Origin: Pseudomonadales bacterium | GTDB lineage: Bacteria; Pseudomonadota; Gammaproteobacteria; Pseudomonadales; UBA5518 | DNA: 64,000 nucleotides | Direction of reading: 5' to 3' | NCBI GenBank assembly: GCA_022072145.1 | Contig: JAJVIG010000004.1 | Span: forward strand, 3,919 to 67,918 | In this document: in pieces, positions 22,301 through 31,854 of the stretch | Layout of the letters: the number at the start of each line of letters is the position of its first letter | Position numbering within the stretch: position 1 is the first letter of the stretch | Position numbers and translations under genes: made by a program | Notes under the pieces: model-generated | What the model saw: only the letters and a program-made list of their open reading frames with translations | Told to the model about the DNA's origin: nothing | The model's database searches: none

Positions 22301-22804
22301 CGCATCGCCGGACTGGTGGTCGGCATGCGCGCGATCAAGAACCGCCGTGGCGACGACATCGCGTTCGTGCAGCTCGACGATCGCACCGCGCGCATCGAGG
22401 TCGCGATGTTCGCCGAGTGCTACGGCAGCTGCCGCGAGCAGGTGGTTAAGGACGCGATCCTCGTCGTCGAGGGCGTGGTATCCAACGACGACGTCTCGGG
22501 TGAGCTGCGCATGCGCGCGAGCGCGGCGTACACCCTGGCCGAGGCACGCCGTCGCTTCGCCCGCGAACTCGTGCTGCAACTCGATGCCGGGGATTTCGTC
22601 ACCGGCTTTCCCGACACGCTCGGGCACCTGCTCGGCGGCGGCCGGGGTGCCGACGGCTGCGCGGTACGTGTGGTGTACACGGCGCCGGCGGTGCGCGCCG
22701 AGCTCAGCCTCGGCTCCGCCTGGCGCGTCTCGCCCGACGAGGAGTCGCTGGCGCGCCTGCGCGAGCACTTCGGGGCGGCGCGCGTGGAGCTGCGCTACGG
22801 CTGA
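19361..22804 (+). CDS. dnaE: DNA polymerase III alpha subunit
   Basis: 1147 codons from ATG 19361 (MSPVFVHLRLHSEFSLVDG, PHP domain), with GRGSGAGSLVAYALGITDIDP, the palm/fingers region and an OB fold at the C-terminus. Confidence 0.97.
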   Translation: MSPVFVHLRLHSEFSLVDGMVRVEELAARASALGMPAVALTDQDNLFALIKFYKEAQSAGLKPIAGCDVRVEHDGQSSAVTLLACSQEGYRNLIRLVSRGWLEAQQLGRPLLPRAWVAECAGGLIALSGGRDGELGQALLGGRAEQAEQLLGWWMDAFPDRFYLELSRTGRAREEEYLHLAVALAARHDCPVVATNDVRFLDRDDYEAHEARVCIHESRTLDDPRRPRNYSPEQYLRSAAEMAELFEDIPEALANSVEIARRCNLKLELGKVYLPDYPVPEGMRIGDFLRRAAHDGLTARLARMDDGAAREQGYRERLDFELQTIDTMGFAGYFLIVMDFIRWAKDNGVPVGPGRGSGAGSLVAYALGITDIDPLPYNLLFERFLNPERVSMPDFDVDFCMEGRDRVIAYVAERYGREAVSQIITFGTMAAKAVVRDVARVQGKSYALADRLSKMIPFEVGMTLGKAMEQEQQLRDFVAQNEEVAEIMEMAFKLEGLARNVGKHAGGVVIAPTWLTDFVPLYADDSGGGLVTQFDKDDVEKVGLVKFDFLGLRTLTIIDWALAIINRKRAAAGEHPVDITRLPLDDPGVYALLARAETTAVFQLESRGMKDLIKRLKPSCFEDIVALVALYRPGPLESGMVGDFIDRKHGRAVVRYPHPLLEPVLENTYGVILYQEQVMQIAQVLAGYTLGGADLLRRAMGKKKAEEMAQQRAIFLAGAADNGIADEVAGPIFDLMEKFAGYGFNKSHSAAYALVSYQTAWLKHHYPAEFMAAVLSSEMHNTDKIVVFVEECRYMRLPLVLPDVNASEFRFTVDARGAIVYGLGAIKGIGEGPVESIVAARADGGPFRDLFDFCRRTDARKVNKRAVEALIRSGALDSLGAPRPVLMAAMNEAIKAAEQQAHAADVGLLDMFAETVPDADADVYAEFRRARPWSARERLRGEKETLGLYITGHPIDDHEAEIAQFVRNRIAQLRAEQEPQRIAGLVVGMRAIKNRRGDDIAFVQLDDRTARIEVAMFAECYGSCREQVVKDAILVVEGVVSNDDVSGELRMRASAAYTLAEARRRFARELVLQLDAGDFVTGFPDTLGHLLGGGRGADGCAVRVVYTAPAVRAELSLGSAWRVSPDEESLARLREHFGAARVELRYG

Positions 22805-22883
22805 GTCTGGGCACATGGAACTTTGACGGTCGCCTTGCTAAGCTTGGCGACCCTTCGACACGCTGCGGGCCACGACTCCCCCG

Positions 22884-23834
22884 ATGAACCCGAACTATCT
22901 CGATTTCGAACAGCCGATCGCCGAACTCGAGGCGAAAATCGAGGAGCTGCGTCTGGTCGGCAACGACAACCAGATCAACATCGGCGACGAGATCGAGAAG
23001 CTGCGCCTGAAGAGCGACCGGCTCACCGAGAAGATCTACGCGAACCTCACACCGTGGCAGGTCGTGAAGGTCGCCCGCCATCCCCGTCGCCCGTACACGC
23101 TGGACTACATCGAGCGCGTGTTCACCGACTTCGACGAGCTGCACGGCGACCGCAAGTTCGCCGACGACAACGCGATCGTCGGCGGGCTCGCGCGCCTCGA
23201 CGGCACGCCGGTGATGGTGATCGGCCAGGAGAAGGGGCGCGGCGTCCCCGAGAAGGTGCGGCGCAACTTCGGCATGCCGAAGCCCGAGGGTTACCGCAAG
23301 GCGATGCGGCTGATGGAACTCGCCGAACGTTTCGGGCTCCCGGTGGTCACACTGATCGACACGCCTGGCGCATATCCCGGGATCGACTCGGAGGAGCGCG
23401 GCATCAGCGAGGCGATCGCGCAGAACCTCGCGGTGATGTCGCGGCTGCGCACGCCGATCGTGTGCGTGGTGATCGGCGAGGGCAGTTCGGGCGGCGCGCT
23501 CGGCATCGGCGTCGGGGACCACCTCGCGATGCTGCAGTATTCGACCTACTTCGTGATCTCTCCGGAAGGCTGCGCGAACATCATCTGGAAGACCTCGGAG
23601 AAGGCGCCCGAGGCGGCCGAGGCGATGGGCCTCACCTCGAGCGTGCTGGAGGAACTCGGCATCGTCGATGCGACGATCCCGGAGCCGCTGGGCGGCGCGC
23701 ACCGCGATGTCGACACGACGGCGCAGCGCATCCGCGAGCACCTGGTCGCCGAAGTCGGCCGCCTGCGGGCGATCCCGCTCGACGAACTGCTCGAGACGCG
23801 CTTCCAGCGCCTGATGTCCTACGGCAGCCGCTGA
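22884..23834 (+). CDS. accA: Acetyl-CoA carboxylase carboxyltransferase alpha subunit
   Basis: [40 protein letters not shown]. Confidence 0.97.
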   Translation: MNPNYLDFEQPIAELEAKIEELRLVGNDNQINIGDEIEKLRLKSDRLTEKIYANLTPWQVVKVARHPRRPYTLDYIERVFTDFDELHGDRKFADDNAIVGGLARLDGTPVMVIGQEKGRGVPEKVRRNFGMPKPEGYRKAMRLMELAERFGLPVVTLIDTPGAYPGIDSEERGISEAIAQNLAVMSRLRTPIVCVVIGEGSSGGALGIGVGDHLAMLQYSTYFVISPEGCANIIWKTSEKAPEAAEAMGLTSSVLEELGIVDATIPEPLGGAHRDVDTTAQRIREHLVAEVGRLRAIPLDELLETRFQRLMSYGSR

Positions 23835-23847
23835 CCGGGGGGCCCTG

Positions 23848-25176
23848 ATGCAGCCCGCGCCGCTGCTGCCGCTGCTGAGGGAGCATCCCGCGGCGCGGCG
23901 CTGGGTGGTGGCCTACAGCGGCGGACTCGATTCCCGTGTACTGCTCGATCTATGCGTGCGGCTGCGCGCGACGGATGCGCGCGTGCCGCCGGTGGTCGCG
24001 TTGCATGTCGATCATGGCGTGAACGAGGCCTCGGCGGCGTGGAGCCGTCACTGCGCCGGCGTGTGTGCCGGCCTCGGAATCGAGTATTTCGCGCGGCGTG
24101 CCGAGCCCGGGTCCGACACCGTCGCGCCGGCGTCGGAGGAAGCGCTGCGCGCGGCGCGCTACCGCGAGTTCGAGGCCTTCTGCGCGTCGGGCGACCTGCT
24201 GCTGCTCGCGCACCACCGCGATGACCAGGTCGAGACCGTGCTGCTGCGGCTGGTGCGTGGCGCGGGCGTCGCCGGGCTGGCCGCGATGCCGCATGAGCGC
24301 GGTTGCGGGCAGGCGCGGCTGTGCCGGCCGCTGCTCGAGGTGCCGCGCGATGAACTGCGCCGCCACGCGCTCGCCGAGGGGCTGGAATGGATCGAGGATC
24401 CCTCCAACGCGAGCCTGGAGTACGACCGCAATTTCCTGCGTCTCAGCGTGCTGCCGCCCCTGCTCGAGCGTTTTCCGGGCGCTGCGGCGGCGATCGCGCG
24501 CGCGGCGCACAACCTCGCGCAGGCGGCCGATATCTGTGCCGAGCGCACGCGCGAGGATCTCGCAGCCTGCGCCGGCACCGACCGTTACGGGCAACCGTAT
24601 CTCGGTCTCGCGCCGTGGCAACGGCTGTCGGGCGCGCGCGCCGATGCGCTGCTGCGCGCCTGGCTTGCGATGCACACGGCCACCACGCCCGATGCGCGCG
24701 CGCTGCAGACGCTGCGCGAAGAAGTGATTGCGGCGCGCGCCGATGCACAGCCGGCGCTGGTGCTCGGCGACATCGCGATCCGGCGCTACCGCGAGCGCAT
24801 CTACGCGGTGGCGGCGCACCAGTCGCCGCCGGTGGCCGGGATCGTGCTTGCGCCGGGCGAGTCGGCGCGCATCGAGGGCGCCGGACTGCTCGAGTTGCAG
24901 CGCTGCAGCGGTGCCGGCGTGCGCCCGGGCCGCGAACACCGGATCGGCTTCGGTTCGCCGGCGCTGCGTTGCCGGCCTGTGGGCCGGCCGGGCAAGACGC
25001 TGGGGCAGCTGGCGCAGGAATACGGCGTGCCGCCCTGGTTGCGTGCGCGGCTGCCGCTGCTGTTCGTCGACGGCGAGCTGGCCGCGGTGGCGGATCTGTG
25101 CATCTGCGAGGGCTTCGCGGCGCCGGCCGGCACCGCCGGGCTCAGACTGAACTGGCTGCCGCAGCAACGCGACTGA
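23848..25176 (+). CDS. tilS: tRNA(Ile)-lysidine synthase
   Basis: N-type ATP-PPase P-loop VAYSGGLDSRVL, HHRDDQVET, and a TilS C-terminal domain. Confidence 0.9.
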   Translation: MQPAPLLPLLREHPAARRWVVAYSGGLDSRVLLDLCVRLRATDARVPPVVALHVDHGVNEASAAWSRHCAGVCAGLGIEYFARRAEPGSDTVAPASEEALRAARYREFEAFCASGDLLLLAHHRDDQVETVLLRLVRGAGVAGLAAMPHERGCGQARLCRPLLEVPRDELRRHALAEGLEWIEDPSNASLEYDRNFLRLSVLPPLLERFPGAAAAIARAAHNLAQAADICAERTREDLAACAGTDRYGQPYLGLAPWQRLSGARADALLRAWLAMHTATTPDARALQTLREEVIAARADAQPALVLGDIAIRRYRERIYAVAAHQSPPVAGIVLAPGESARIEGAGLLELQRCSGAGVRPGREHRIGFGSPALRCRPVGRPGKTLGQLAQEYGVPPWLRARLPLLFVDGELAAVADLCICEGFAAPAGTAGLRLNWLPQQRD

Positions 25177-25182
25177 GCGTGC

Positions 25183-25767
25183 TCACCAGGCCAGCAGTTC
25201 GAGTGCCTTCACGATCTCGGGGCGCAGCGTCAGCACGGTGTCGTGGGTCACCGAGCCGATGCCCACGTCCTCGACCAACAGCAGCGTGATGCCGGGGTAG
25301 TGGTCCTTGCGCCGGCTGCCCGGCTGGTAGGCCAGTTCGTCGCAGACGCGGCGGGCGATCTCGGCGTACTCCTCGAAGGCGCCCTCGGCCGATGTGTAGT
25401 CGCCGACGCGACCGATGGCGCGCACCGTGATGCGGTGCCCGGGCGACTTGGCGTGGATCGCGAGCATCATCTTCTGCGCGCGCGAGAGCTTGAAGTCGAT
25501 CGCGAGGATCGCGTCGGCGATCTCGCGCGGCGCAGGTTTGCGGCGACCGCGCTGGTGGCGCTTCCCGGCCTGGATCCCGTCGACGATCGCGCGCAGTTCC
25601 ACCATGATCTGGTCGAGGTCGGGACCCTCGAAGTCGGCCACGCGCTGCTTGTTCTTCCATACGCGCCCACGGTACTCGTCGTTCCAGCAGCGGGCGATCA
25701 GGTCGTAGTTGCAGTAATCGTCCTTGAGGATCCGCTTGTCGATCTCGATCACAGGCAACGGCGGCAT
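25183..25767 (-). CDS. Hypothetical protein (no family recognised)
   Basis: 194-aa ORF with protein-like composition (mixed charged and hydrophobic residues, unlike the Arg/Ala/Pro-rich artefact frames). Convergent with tilS, with only 6 nt between the two stops. Confidence 0.55.
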   Translation of the reverse strand: MPPLPVIEIDKRILKDDYCNYDLIARCWNDEYRGRVWKNKQRVADFEGPDLDQIMVELRAIVDGIQAGKRHQRGRRKPAPREIADAILAIDFKLSRAQKMMLAIHAKSPGHRITVRAIGRVGDYTSAEGAFEEYAEIARRVCDELAYQPGSRRKDHYPGITLLLVEDVGIGSVTHDTVLTLRPEIVKALELLAW

Positions 25768-25944
25768 CCGGGACCTCGATTAGCAGGCTTCACTGCCGCG
25801 GCCAAGGGCATGGACGGGACTCACGATTGCAGGCTCCAGCGCGCGGGGCGCGGCATTCTTCCCATGCGGAAATTCAAATGTCAAGCGCTGTGCCGAGCCC
25901 CCTCGGATCGGTCGGCGGCGCCCCGTGCGGCGGGCCGGGCGGCC

Positions 25945-25973
25945 TTGCTGGAGGGGGGGTGTTCGCGCATAAT
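25945..25973 (+). promoter_or_regulatory. Putative sigma70 promoter of ffs (TTGCTG-17 nt-CATAAT)
   Basis: The hexamers have a 17-nt spacer and end about 35 nt before the mature 4.5S 5' end. This implies a short 5' leader, as in the RNase P-processed E. coli 4.5S precursor. Confidence 0.4.
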
Positions 25974-26007
25974 GCCGCGCTCGCCCGGACGGCCACCACG
26001 TTTCAAT

Positions 26008-26121
26008 GGCAGTCCCGGTCGGTGCCCTCGCAACGCTGGATGAGGAACCCCGCCAGGCCCGGAAGGGAGCAACGGTACTCGTCGACGCGTGTGCCGGGGT
26101 GTCGCTGGCCGGGGCTGCCAC
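26008..26121 (+). ncRNA. ffs: Signal recognition particle RNA (4.5S RNA)
   Basis: Colinear with E. coli 4.5S. The terminal helix GGCAGUCCCGG/CCGGGGCUGCC closes the molecule. CUCGCAACGCU is present, as is domain IV CCAGGCCCGGAAGGGAGCAAC with the GGAA tetraloop and AGCA loop, and GACGCGUGUGCCGGGGUGUCGCUGGCC. Lies directly upstream of dnaX, as is typical. Confidence 0.9.
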
Positions 26122-26183
26122 CCTTCGCACGACGGGTGGTTATAATCCCGTCCGTCCACGCCATCAGGAAACGTCCTGACCGC

Positions 26184-27920
26184 ATGTCATACCAGGTACT
26201 CGCGCGACGCTGGCGCCCGCAGACCTTCGCGCAGATGGTCGGGCAGGAGCACGTGCTGCGCGCGCTGGTCAACGCGCTCGAGCGCCAGCGACTGCACCAT
26301 GCCTACCTGCTGACCGGCACCCGCGGTGTCGGCAAGACGACGCTGGCGCGGCTGATCGCCAAATGCCTGAATTGCGAGCACGGCGTGTCGGCGACGCCGT
26401 GCGGCGAGTGCGCGGCGTGCCGCGAGATCGCGGAAGGTCGCTTCGTCGACCTGCTCGAGGTCGACGCCGCCTCGCGCACCAAGGTCGAGGACACACGCGA
26501 GTTGCTCGAGAACGTGCAGTACGCGCCGGCGCGCGGTCGCTTCAAGGTCTACCTGATCGACGAAGTGCACATGCTGTCGACGCACTCGTTCAACGCGCTG
26601 CTGAAGACGCTCGAGGAGCCGCCGCCGCACGTCAAGTTCCTGCTCGCGACCACCGACCCCCAGCGCCTTCCCGCGACGGTGCTGTCGCGCTGCCTGCAGT
26701 TTCACCTGAAAAACCTCAGCCCGGAGCAGATCGCCGGCCACCTCGCGCACGTGCTGCAGGAGGAGGGCATCGCGTTCGAGGAGGCGGCGCTGTGGGAACT
26801 GGCGGCGGCCGCCGAAGGCAGCATGCGCGATGCGCTGAGCCTCACCGACCAGGCAATCGCGCACTGCGCGGGTCGCGTAGAGGCGACGGCGGTGACCGAG
26901 ATGCTCGGGCACGTCGATCGCGAGATGCTGCGCGCGCTGGTCGATGCGCTGATGGGCGCGGACGGCGCGCAGGCGCTCGACGTGATCGCGACGATGGCGG
27001 CGCACGGCAGCGATTTCGAGCGCGCGCTGTCCGATCTGCTTGCGCTGCTGCACCGTGTCGCACTGGCGCAGGCAGTGCCGGCGACGCTCGCCGCGCTGCA
27101 CACGGAGCGCGAGCGCATCGCCGGCTGGGCGCAGCAGGCGGCGCCCGCCGACGTGCAACTGTATTACCAGATCGGCCTTGCCGGCCGGCGTGACCTGGCG
27201 CAGGCACCGGACATGCGCAGCGGTTTCGAGATGGCGCTGCTGCGCATGCTCGCGTTCCGTCCGGCGCGCACCGCTGAAGCGCGCACGGCGCCGGCAAGCG
27301 GCGCGGCGCCGCCAGCCACGCGCGTGCCGCCTGCCGTGCAGGAGGCGGTCGTCCCGGCAAAAAAGCCTGAACCGGAGGTCGCGCGCGCCTCCGGTGCACC
27401 GCCGGCACCGCGCGTGGAACCACGTCCGCCGCCGGTCGTGCCCGCACCGCCCGCGGCGACCACGCCGAGCGCGACGCCGGTCGTGGCGCCCGCCACGCGG
27501 CTCGCCGAGGTCGGCGCGGCGAACTGGCACCGGGTGCTGGACGAACTCGAATTGCCCGGCATCGCGCGTTCGGTGGCCGAGCACTGCGTGCCCGAAGGGG
27601 TCGACGGATCGACGTTGCAGCTGGTGCTGCAGGACGGACGCGAGATCCTGCACCAGCCCCAGATCGACCAGCGCATCGCGGTGGCGCTCGCGGCGCGCTT
27701 CGGCGAGGCGGTCACGGTGATGTTGCGGGTCGGCGAGCCGGGGGCCGAGACGCCGGCGCAGCGCGCCACCCGGCGCGCCGCCGAGCGCCACAGCGAGGCG
27801 GTGGCGGCCATCGATGCCGACGCCAATGTGCGACTGCTGGTGGAGCGCTTCGCGGCGCGGCTGCATCGCGATTCGATCGCCGCGCGCACCAGTGCAACGG
27901 ACGGGAGTGAGGACCGATGA
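26184..27920 (+). CDS. dnaX: DNA polymerase III subunits tau/gamma
   Basis: [24 protein letters not shown], Walker [10 protein letters not shown], Zn module [32 protein letters not shown] at 26184 within track ORF 25827..27920. Confidence 0.95.
   Translation: MSYQVLARRWRPQTFAQMVGQEHVLRALVNALERQRLHHAYLLTGTRGVGKTTLARLIAKCLNCEHGVSATPCGECAACREIAEGRFVDLLEVDAASRTKVEDTRELLENVQYAPARGRFKVYLIDEVHMLSTHSFNALLKTLEEPPPHVKFLLATTDPQRLPATVLSRCLQFHLKNLSPEQIAGHLAHVLQEEGIAFEEAALWELAAAAEGSMRDALSLTDQAIAHCAGRVEATAVTEMLGHVDREMLRALVDALMGADGAQALDVIATMAAHGSDFERALSDLLALLHRVALAQAVPATLAALHTERERIAGWAQQAAPADVQLYYQIGLAGRRDLAQAPDMRSGFEMALLRMLAFRPARTAEARTAPASGAAPPATRVPPAVQEAVVPAKKPEPEVARASGAPPAPRVEPRPPPVVPAPPAATTPSATPVVAPATRLAEVGAANWHRVLDELELPGIARSVAEHCVPEGVDGSTLQLVLQDGREILHQPQIDQRIAVALAARFGEAVTVMLRVGEPGAETPAQRATRRAAERHSEAVAAIDADANVRLLVERFAARLHRDSIAARTSATDGSEDR
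27359..27394 (+). promoter_or_regulatory. Programmed -1 ribosomal frameshift cassette in dnaX
   Basis: Slippery heptamer A AAA AAG lies in the zero frame (27359-27365), followed by the 6-nt spacer CCTGAA and then the hairpin CCGGAGG-loop-CCTCCGG (27372-27394). The -1 frame reads GCC TGA (stop 27368-27370). An AGGAGG lies 13 nt upstream of the heptamer. Confidence 0.6.
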
Positions 27921-28237
27921 AGGGACTGAAGGAACTGATGGCGCAGGCGCAGCAGCTGCAGGAGCAGATGCGCGCGGCGCAGGAGGATATCGCCAAAGAG
28001 GAAGTGCACGGCGAAGCCGGCGGCGGACTGGTGCGCGTGACGATGAGCGGGCGCCACGACGTGCGGCGCGTGCATCTGGAGCCCTCGCTGCTCGGCGAGG
28101 ACCGCGAGGTGATCGAGGACCTGATCGCCGCGGCCGTGAACGACGCGGTGCGCCGCGTCGAGGCGCTGCAGCGCGAGCGCCTGGCCGGCGCCGCCGGGGG
28201 GCTCACGCTGCCCGACGGCTTCCGGATGCCGTTCTGA
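27917..28237 (+). CDS. ybaB: Nucleoid-associated protein YbaB/EbfC
   Basis: 106-aa ORF with [18 protein letters not shown]...[11 protein letters not shown]. The ATG overlaps the dnaX TGA (ATGA). Confidence 0.93.
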   Translation: MKGLKELMAQAQQLQEQMRAAQEDIAKEEVHGEAGGGLVRVTMSGRHDVRRVHLEPSLLGEDREVIEDLIAAAVNDAVRRVEALQRERLAGAAGGLTLPDGFRMPF

Positions 28238-28250
28238 GGGGCCGGACGAC

Positions 28251-28853
28251 GTGACGATGCGCTTCGGTCCGCTGATCGACCAAGTGATGGAGGCGTTCCA
28301 GTGCCTGCCCGGCATCGGGCCGCGCTCGGCACAACGCATGACGCTGCACCTGCTCGAGCGCGATCGCGCGGGGGGCGCACACCTGGCGCAGGCGCTCGCG
28401 CGCGCACTCGAGCGCGTGGGCCGCTGTGAGCGCTGCCGCAACCTCAGCGAGACGCCGCTGTGCCCGATCTGCGCCAGCGCGCGGCGCGACGCCACCACGC
28501 TGTGCGTGGTCGAGACGCCGGCCGACGTGCTGGCGATCGAACAGGCGGGAGGCTACGCGGGGCGCTATTTCGTGCTGCTGGGTCGGCTGTCGCCGATCGA
28601 CGGCATCGGCCCCGAGGAGCTCGGACTCGAACAGCTGATCCGGCGCGTGCGCGATGAGGGCATCCGTGAGGTGATCCTCGCGACGAACCCCACCGTCGAA
28701 GGCGAAGCGACGGCGTACTTCATCACCGAACGCCTGCGCGAGCCCGGCGTCACGGTGACCCGGATCGCGCACGGGGTGCCGCTCGGCGGCGAACTCGAGT
28801 ACGTCGACGGCGGCACGCTGCTGCACGCACTGCAGGGACGCAAGCCGTTATGA
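28251..28853 (+). CDS. recR: Recombination protein RecR
   Basis: [12 protein letters not shown] (HhH), C4 zinc finger [16 protein letters not shown], and a Toprim region ([24 protein letters not shown]). GTG 28251 or ATG 28257 could be the start. Confidence 0.95.
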   Translation: MTMRFGPLIDQVMEAFQCLPGIGPRSAQRMTLHLLERDRAGGAHLAQALARALERVGRCERCRNLSETPLCPICASARRDATTLCVVETPADVLAIEQAGGYAGRYFVLLGRLSPIDGIGPEELGLEQLIRRVRDEGIREVILATNPTVEGEATAYFITERLREPGVTVTRIAHGVPLGGELEYVDGGTLLHALQGRKPL

Positions 28854-30001
28854 GTGCGCCGGTGCTGGAAACCTTCAACGGCATGCCGGTGTGCTACCTC
28901 GAGACGCGCGCCGACCTCGCGGAGGCCGCGCGCGGCTGGCTCGACTGCGTGGCGGTCGCGCTCGACACCGAGTTCATGCGGGTACGCACCTTCCATGCGC
29001 AGGCGGCGCTGTTCCAGGTCTGCGACGGCCGCGGCTGCTTCCTGGTCGACCCGCTGGCGATCGATGATCTGCAGCCGCTCGGGGAGCTGCTCGCGGCGCC
29101 GCACGTGACCAAGATCATGCACAGCTGCTCGGAGGACCTCGAGGTCTGCGAGCGCCGCCTCGGCGTACTGCCCGAACCACTGGTCGATACCCAGATCGTC
29201 GCCGCCTTCAGCGGTCATCCGCTGTCGGTTGGCTACCAGAAGATCCTAGCCGCTGAACTCGGTGTGCAGCTGCACAAGTCCGAGACGCACACCGACTGGC
29301 TGCAGCGGCCGCTGTCGCCGGCGCAGCTGCACTACGCGGCCGAGGATGTGGCGTTCCTGCTGCCGCTGTGGCACGAACTCGCGGACCGGATCGCGGGGAG
29401 CGCCAACGCCGGGTGGGCGCTGGCCGAGTGCGCCGCGGCGCTCGCGCGTTTCCGCGGCCGCGGCACGGCCGACTATCGGGCGGTAAGCGGAGCGTGGCGG
29501 CTGGACCGGTGCGGGCTCGCGGTGCTGCGCGCCCTGCACGCCTGGCGCGAGGACCTGGCGCGCAGCCGCGACCTGCCGCGCAGCTGGTTGCTCGCCGATG
29601 CGGTGCTGCTCGATCTCGCGCAGCTGCAGCCGCGCCGCGAGGCGGATCTCGCGGCCGTCGCCGAGCTGCCCGACGGCACGCGGCGCCGTCACGGCGGCGC
29701 GCTGCTGGCCGCGGTGGCCGGTGCGTTGACGCTGGCGGCCGGGGAACTGCCGCCACCGGTGCCTGCGCCGCTGGACGTGCCGCAGGGCAAACGGCTGAAA
29801 CGCCTGCGCGCGTACACCGTGGAGCGCGCCGAGGCGCTCGGCGTGGCGCCGGAGATGCTCGCGCGCCGGCGCGATTTCGAGGAACTGCTGCGCTGGGTCG
29901 ACGGCGTCGCAGGGCAGGGGGCGCCGGCGCTTCTGGACGGCTGGCGGCAGGCGGTGATCGGGGAGGAACTGCTGGCGCTGGCGCGCGAGGGAAGACCGTG
30001 A
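28850..30001 (+). CDS. rnd: Ribonuclease D
   Basis: DEDD 3'-5' exonuclease motifs ([21 protein letters not shown]) plus an HRDC-like C-terminus. Overlaps the recR stop (ATGA). Confidence 0.9.
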   Translation: MSAPVLETFNGMPVCYLETRADLAEAARGWLDCVAVALDTEFMRVRTFHAQAALFQVCDGRGCFLVDPLAIDDLQPLGELLAAPHVTKIMHSCSEDLEVCERRLGVLPEPLVDTQIVAAFSGHPLSVGYQKILAAELGVQLHKSETHTDWLQRPLSPAQLHYAAEDVAFLLPLWHELADRIAGSANAGWALAECAAALARFRGRGTADYRAVSGAWRLDRCGLAVLRALHAWREDLARSRDLPRSWLLADAVLLDLAQLQPRREADLAAVAELPDGTRRRHGGALLAAVAGALTLAAGELPPPVPAPLDVPQGKRLKRLRAYTVERAEALGVAPEMLARRRDFEELLRWVDGVAGQGAPALLDGWRQAVIGEELLALAREGRP

Positions 30002-30273
30002 AGCTGATCTGCGCGGTCCACCGTGCGCGCCGCAACCCCGACACCTATCTCTACGTCGACCACGCCGAGGCGATGCGCCGCGTGCCGCCCGAGCTGCTGC
30101 GCGAACTAGGCGGCACCGAGCGTGCGATGACGCTGGTGCTCACGCCCGGGCGTCGGCTGGCGCGCACCAGCGGCGCCGAGGTGATGCGCGCGATCGCCGA
30201 ACGCGGCTACTACCTGCAACTGCCGCCGTTGCCGGAAGCGCCGCAGGCGCGGGGCGGGGAGGAACGATGCTGA
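29998..30273 (+). CDS. YcgL domain-containing protein
   Basis: 91-aa [27 protein letters not shown]...GYYLQLPP resembles the YcgL family. The GTG start overlaps the rnd TGA (GTGA). It is the tail of track ORF 29368..30273. Confidence 0.65.
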   Translation: MKLICAVHRARRNPDTYLYVDHAEAMRRVPPELLRELGGTERAMTLVLTPGRRLARTSGAEVMRAIAERGYYLQLPPLPEAPQARGGEERC

Positions 30274-30635
30274 GCGACGGCGACTACCTGCTGGTCTGGA
30301 CCGGCTATGCCGTGGCCGCGCTGGTCGTGATGGCGGCGTGGTGGCGGCTCACGTCATGGTTGCCGGTGTGGTTGCGCGACCCGCTGCGGGCGATCGCGCT
30401 CGTGGTGCTGGCGATGCCGGCACTGGTCGACCCTGAGCGTGGCCACTACGCTCCCGCGTTGTTCGTCTCCGCGTTCGAACTCGCCACCGCCGCCGATGGC
30501 GGCGGCGGCGCGGTGATCGGCGTGCGCCTGCTGCTCGGCGCGCTGCTCGCCGTGCTCGCCGCGTGGACGCTGCGGCTGCTGTGGTACCTGCTGGTCGGGC
30601 GCCGCCGTGCGCAGCGTGCCGGTGGCGTCAGCTGA
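30267..30635 (+). CDS. Hypothetical membrane protein
   Basis: 122-aa ORF with 3-4 hydrophobic segments. The ATG overlaps the preceding stop. No family recognised. Confidence 0.5.
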   Translation: MLSDGDYLLVWTGYAVAALVVMAAWWRLTSWLPVWLRDPLRAIALVVLAMPALVDPERGHYAPALFVSAFELATAADGGGGAVIGVRLLLGALLAVLAAWTLRLLWYLLVGRRRAQRAGGVS

Positions 30636-31602
30636 TCGCCTGCACCAGTTCGCGCTCGCCGAAACGCCCCTCGAACAGCGCGCTGCGCAGATAGCGCTCT
30701 CCGGAGTCGGGCAGCACCACGACGATGGTCTTGCCGGTGTGTTGCGGCTGGCGTGATACCCGTTCGGCGGCGGCCGCGGCCGCACCGCACGAAATCCCCG
30801 CCAGGATGCCTTCCTCGCGCATCAGCCGATGCGCGTACTCGATCGCCTCCTGGTCGCCGATCTGTTCGACCTGATCGACCAGCGAGAGATCGAGGTTACG
30901 CGGCACGAAACCGGCGCCGATGCCCTGGATCTTGTGGGGGGCGTGCGCGGGCGGCTTGCCGGCCAACGCGTTGGCGATCACCGGGGACGAGATCGGTTCG
31001 ACCGCGACCGTGGTGATCGCCTTGCCCATCGTGTGCTTGATATAGCGCGAGACACCGGTCAGGGTGCCACCGGTGCCGACTCCGGACACAAGTACGTCGA
31101 TCGTGCCGTCGGTGTCGCGCCAGATCTCGGGACCGGTGGTGCTCTCGTGGATCGCCGGATTGGCCGGGTTCTCGAACTGCTGCAGCATCAGGTGGTGCGC
31201 CGGGTCGGCGGCGACGATTTCCCCGGCCTTCGCGATCGCGCCCTTCATGCCGAGTGCGCCGTCGGTCAGTACGAGATTCGCGCCGAGCGCCGCCATGACC
31301 TGCCGGCGCTCCAGGCTCATCGTGTGCGGCATCGTCAGCGTCAGGCGGTAGCCGCGCGCGGCGGCCACGAAAGCCAGCGCAATGCCGGTGTTGCCGCTGG
31401 TGGGTTCGACGATCTCGACGCCGGGCTTCAACAGGCCGTCCTTTTCGGCCGCCCACACCATCGCCGCGCCGATCCGGCATTTCACCGAGAAGGCCGGGTT
31501 GCGACTCTCTAGCTTGGCGCAGATGTTGCCGTCGCCGATGCGGTTCAGGCGTACCAGCGGCGTGTTGCCGATCGAGTGGCTGTTGTCGGGATGGATGTTC
31601 AT
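30628..31602 (-). CDS. cysK: Cysteine synthase A (O-acetylserine sulfhydrylase)
   Basis: 324-aa ORF with [19 protein letters not shown] (PLP lysine), [22 protein letters not shown]. Confidence 0.93.
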   Translation of the reverse strand: MNIHPDNSHSIGNTPLVRLNRIGDGNICAKLESRNPAFSVKCRIGAAMVWAAEKDGLLKPGVEIVEPTSGNTGIALAFVAAARGYRLTLTMPHTMSLERRQVMAALGANLVLTDGALGMKGAIAKAGEIVAADPAHHLMLQQFENPANPAIHESTTGPEIWRDTDGTIDVLVSGVGTGGTLTGVSRYIKHTMGKAITTVAVEPISSPVIANALAGKPPAHAPHKIQGIGAGFVPRNLDLSLVDQVEQIGDQEAIEYAHRLMREEGILAGISCGAAAAAAERVSRQPQHTGKTIVVVLPDSGERYLRSALFEGRFGERELVQAIS

Positions 31603-31612
31603 GGTCGGGGTA

Positions 31613-31644
<32 letters not shown>

Positions 31645-31854
31645 CTGCGGGGTGTCGCGCGCGTCGTGGTGGTCAGGCTACTACCGGTGCGGCGGCAAGT
31701 CCACGCATCGGGGAGTACGCGGAGCGCGCCTGATCGGATTCGCCGCGCCGCCTGAGCGCTGCGGCCAGTCCGTCGCGGCGCCGTTATGGTTTAGACTCGC
31801 GGCTGCGCGCGCCGCCGGGGCACGCGGGGGAAAATCGATGCGGAGCGGGAAGCA

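Noticed and set aside
19139-22816. 1225-aa minus-strand ORF
   Set aside because: It is exactly antisense to dnaE and has no recognisable motifs. It is a GC-driven absence of stop codons.
22828-22852. Hairpin GGTCGCC...GGCGACC between dnaE and accA as a terminator
   Set aside because: It is a 7-bp stem with no following U tract. That is too weak to call, so it is left unannotated.
26141-26146. TATAAT hexamer between ffs and dnaX as a dnaX promoter
   Set aside because: It is a perfect -10 hexamer, but I found no acceptable -35 or TG extension at the correct spacing. dnaX may be co-transcribed with ffs, or the element may be functional. There is not enough evidence to list it as a feature.
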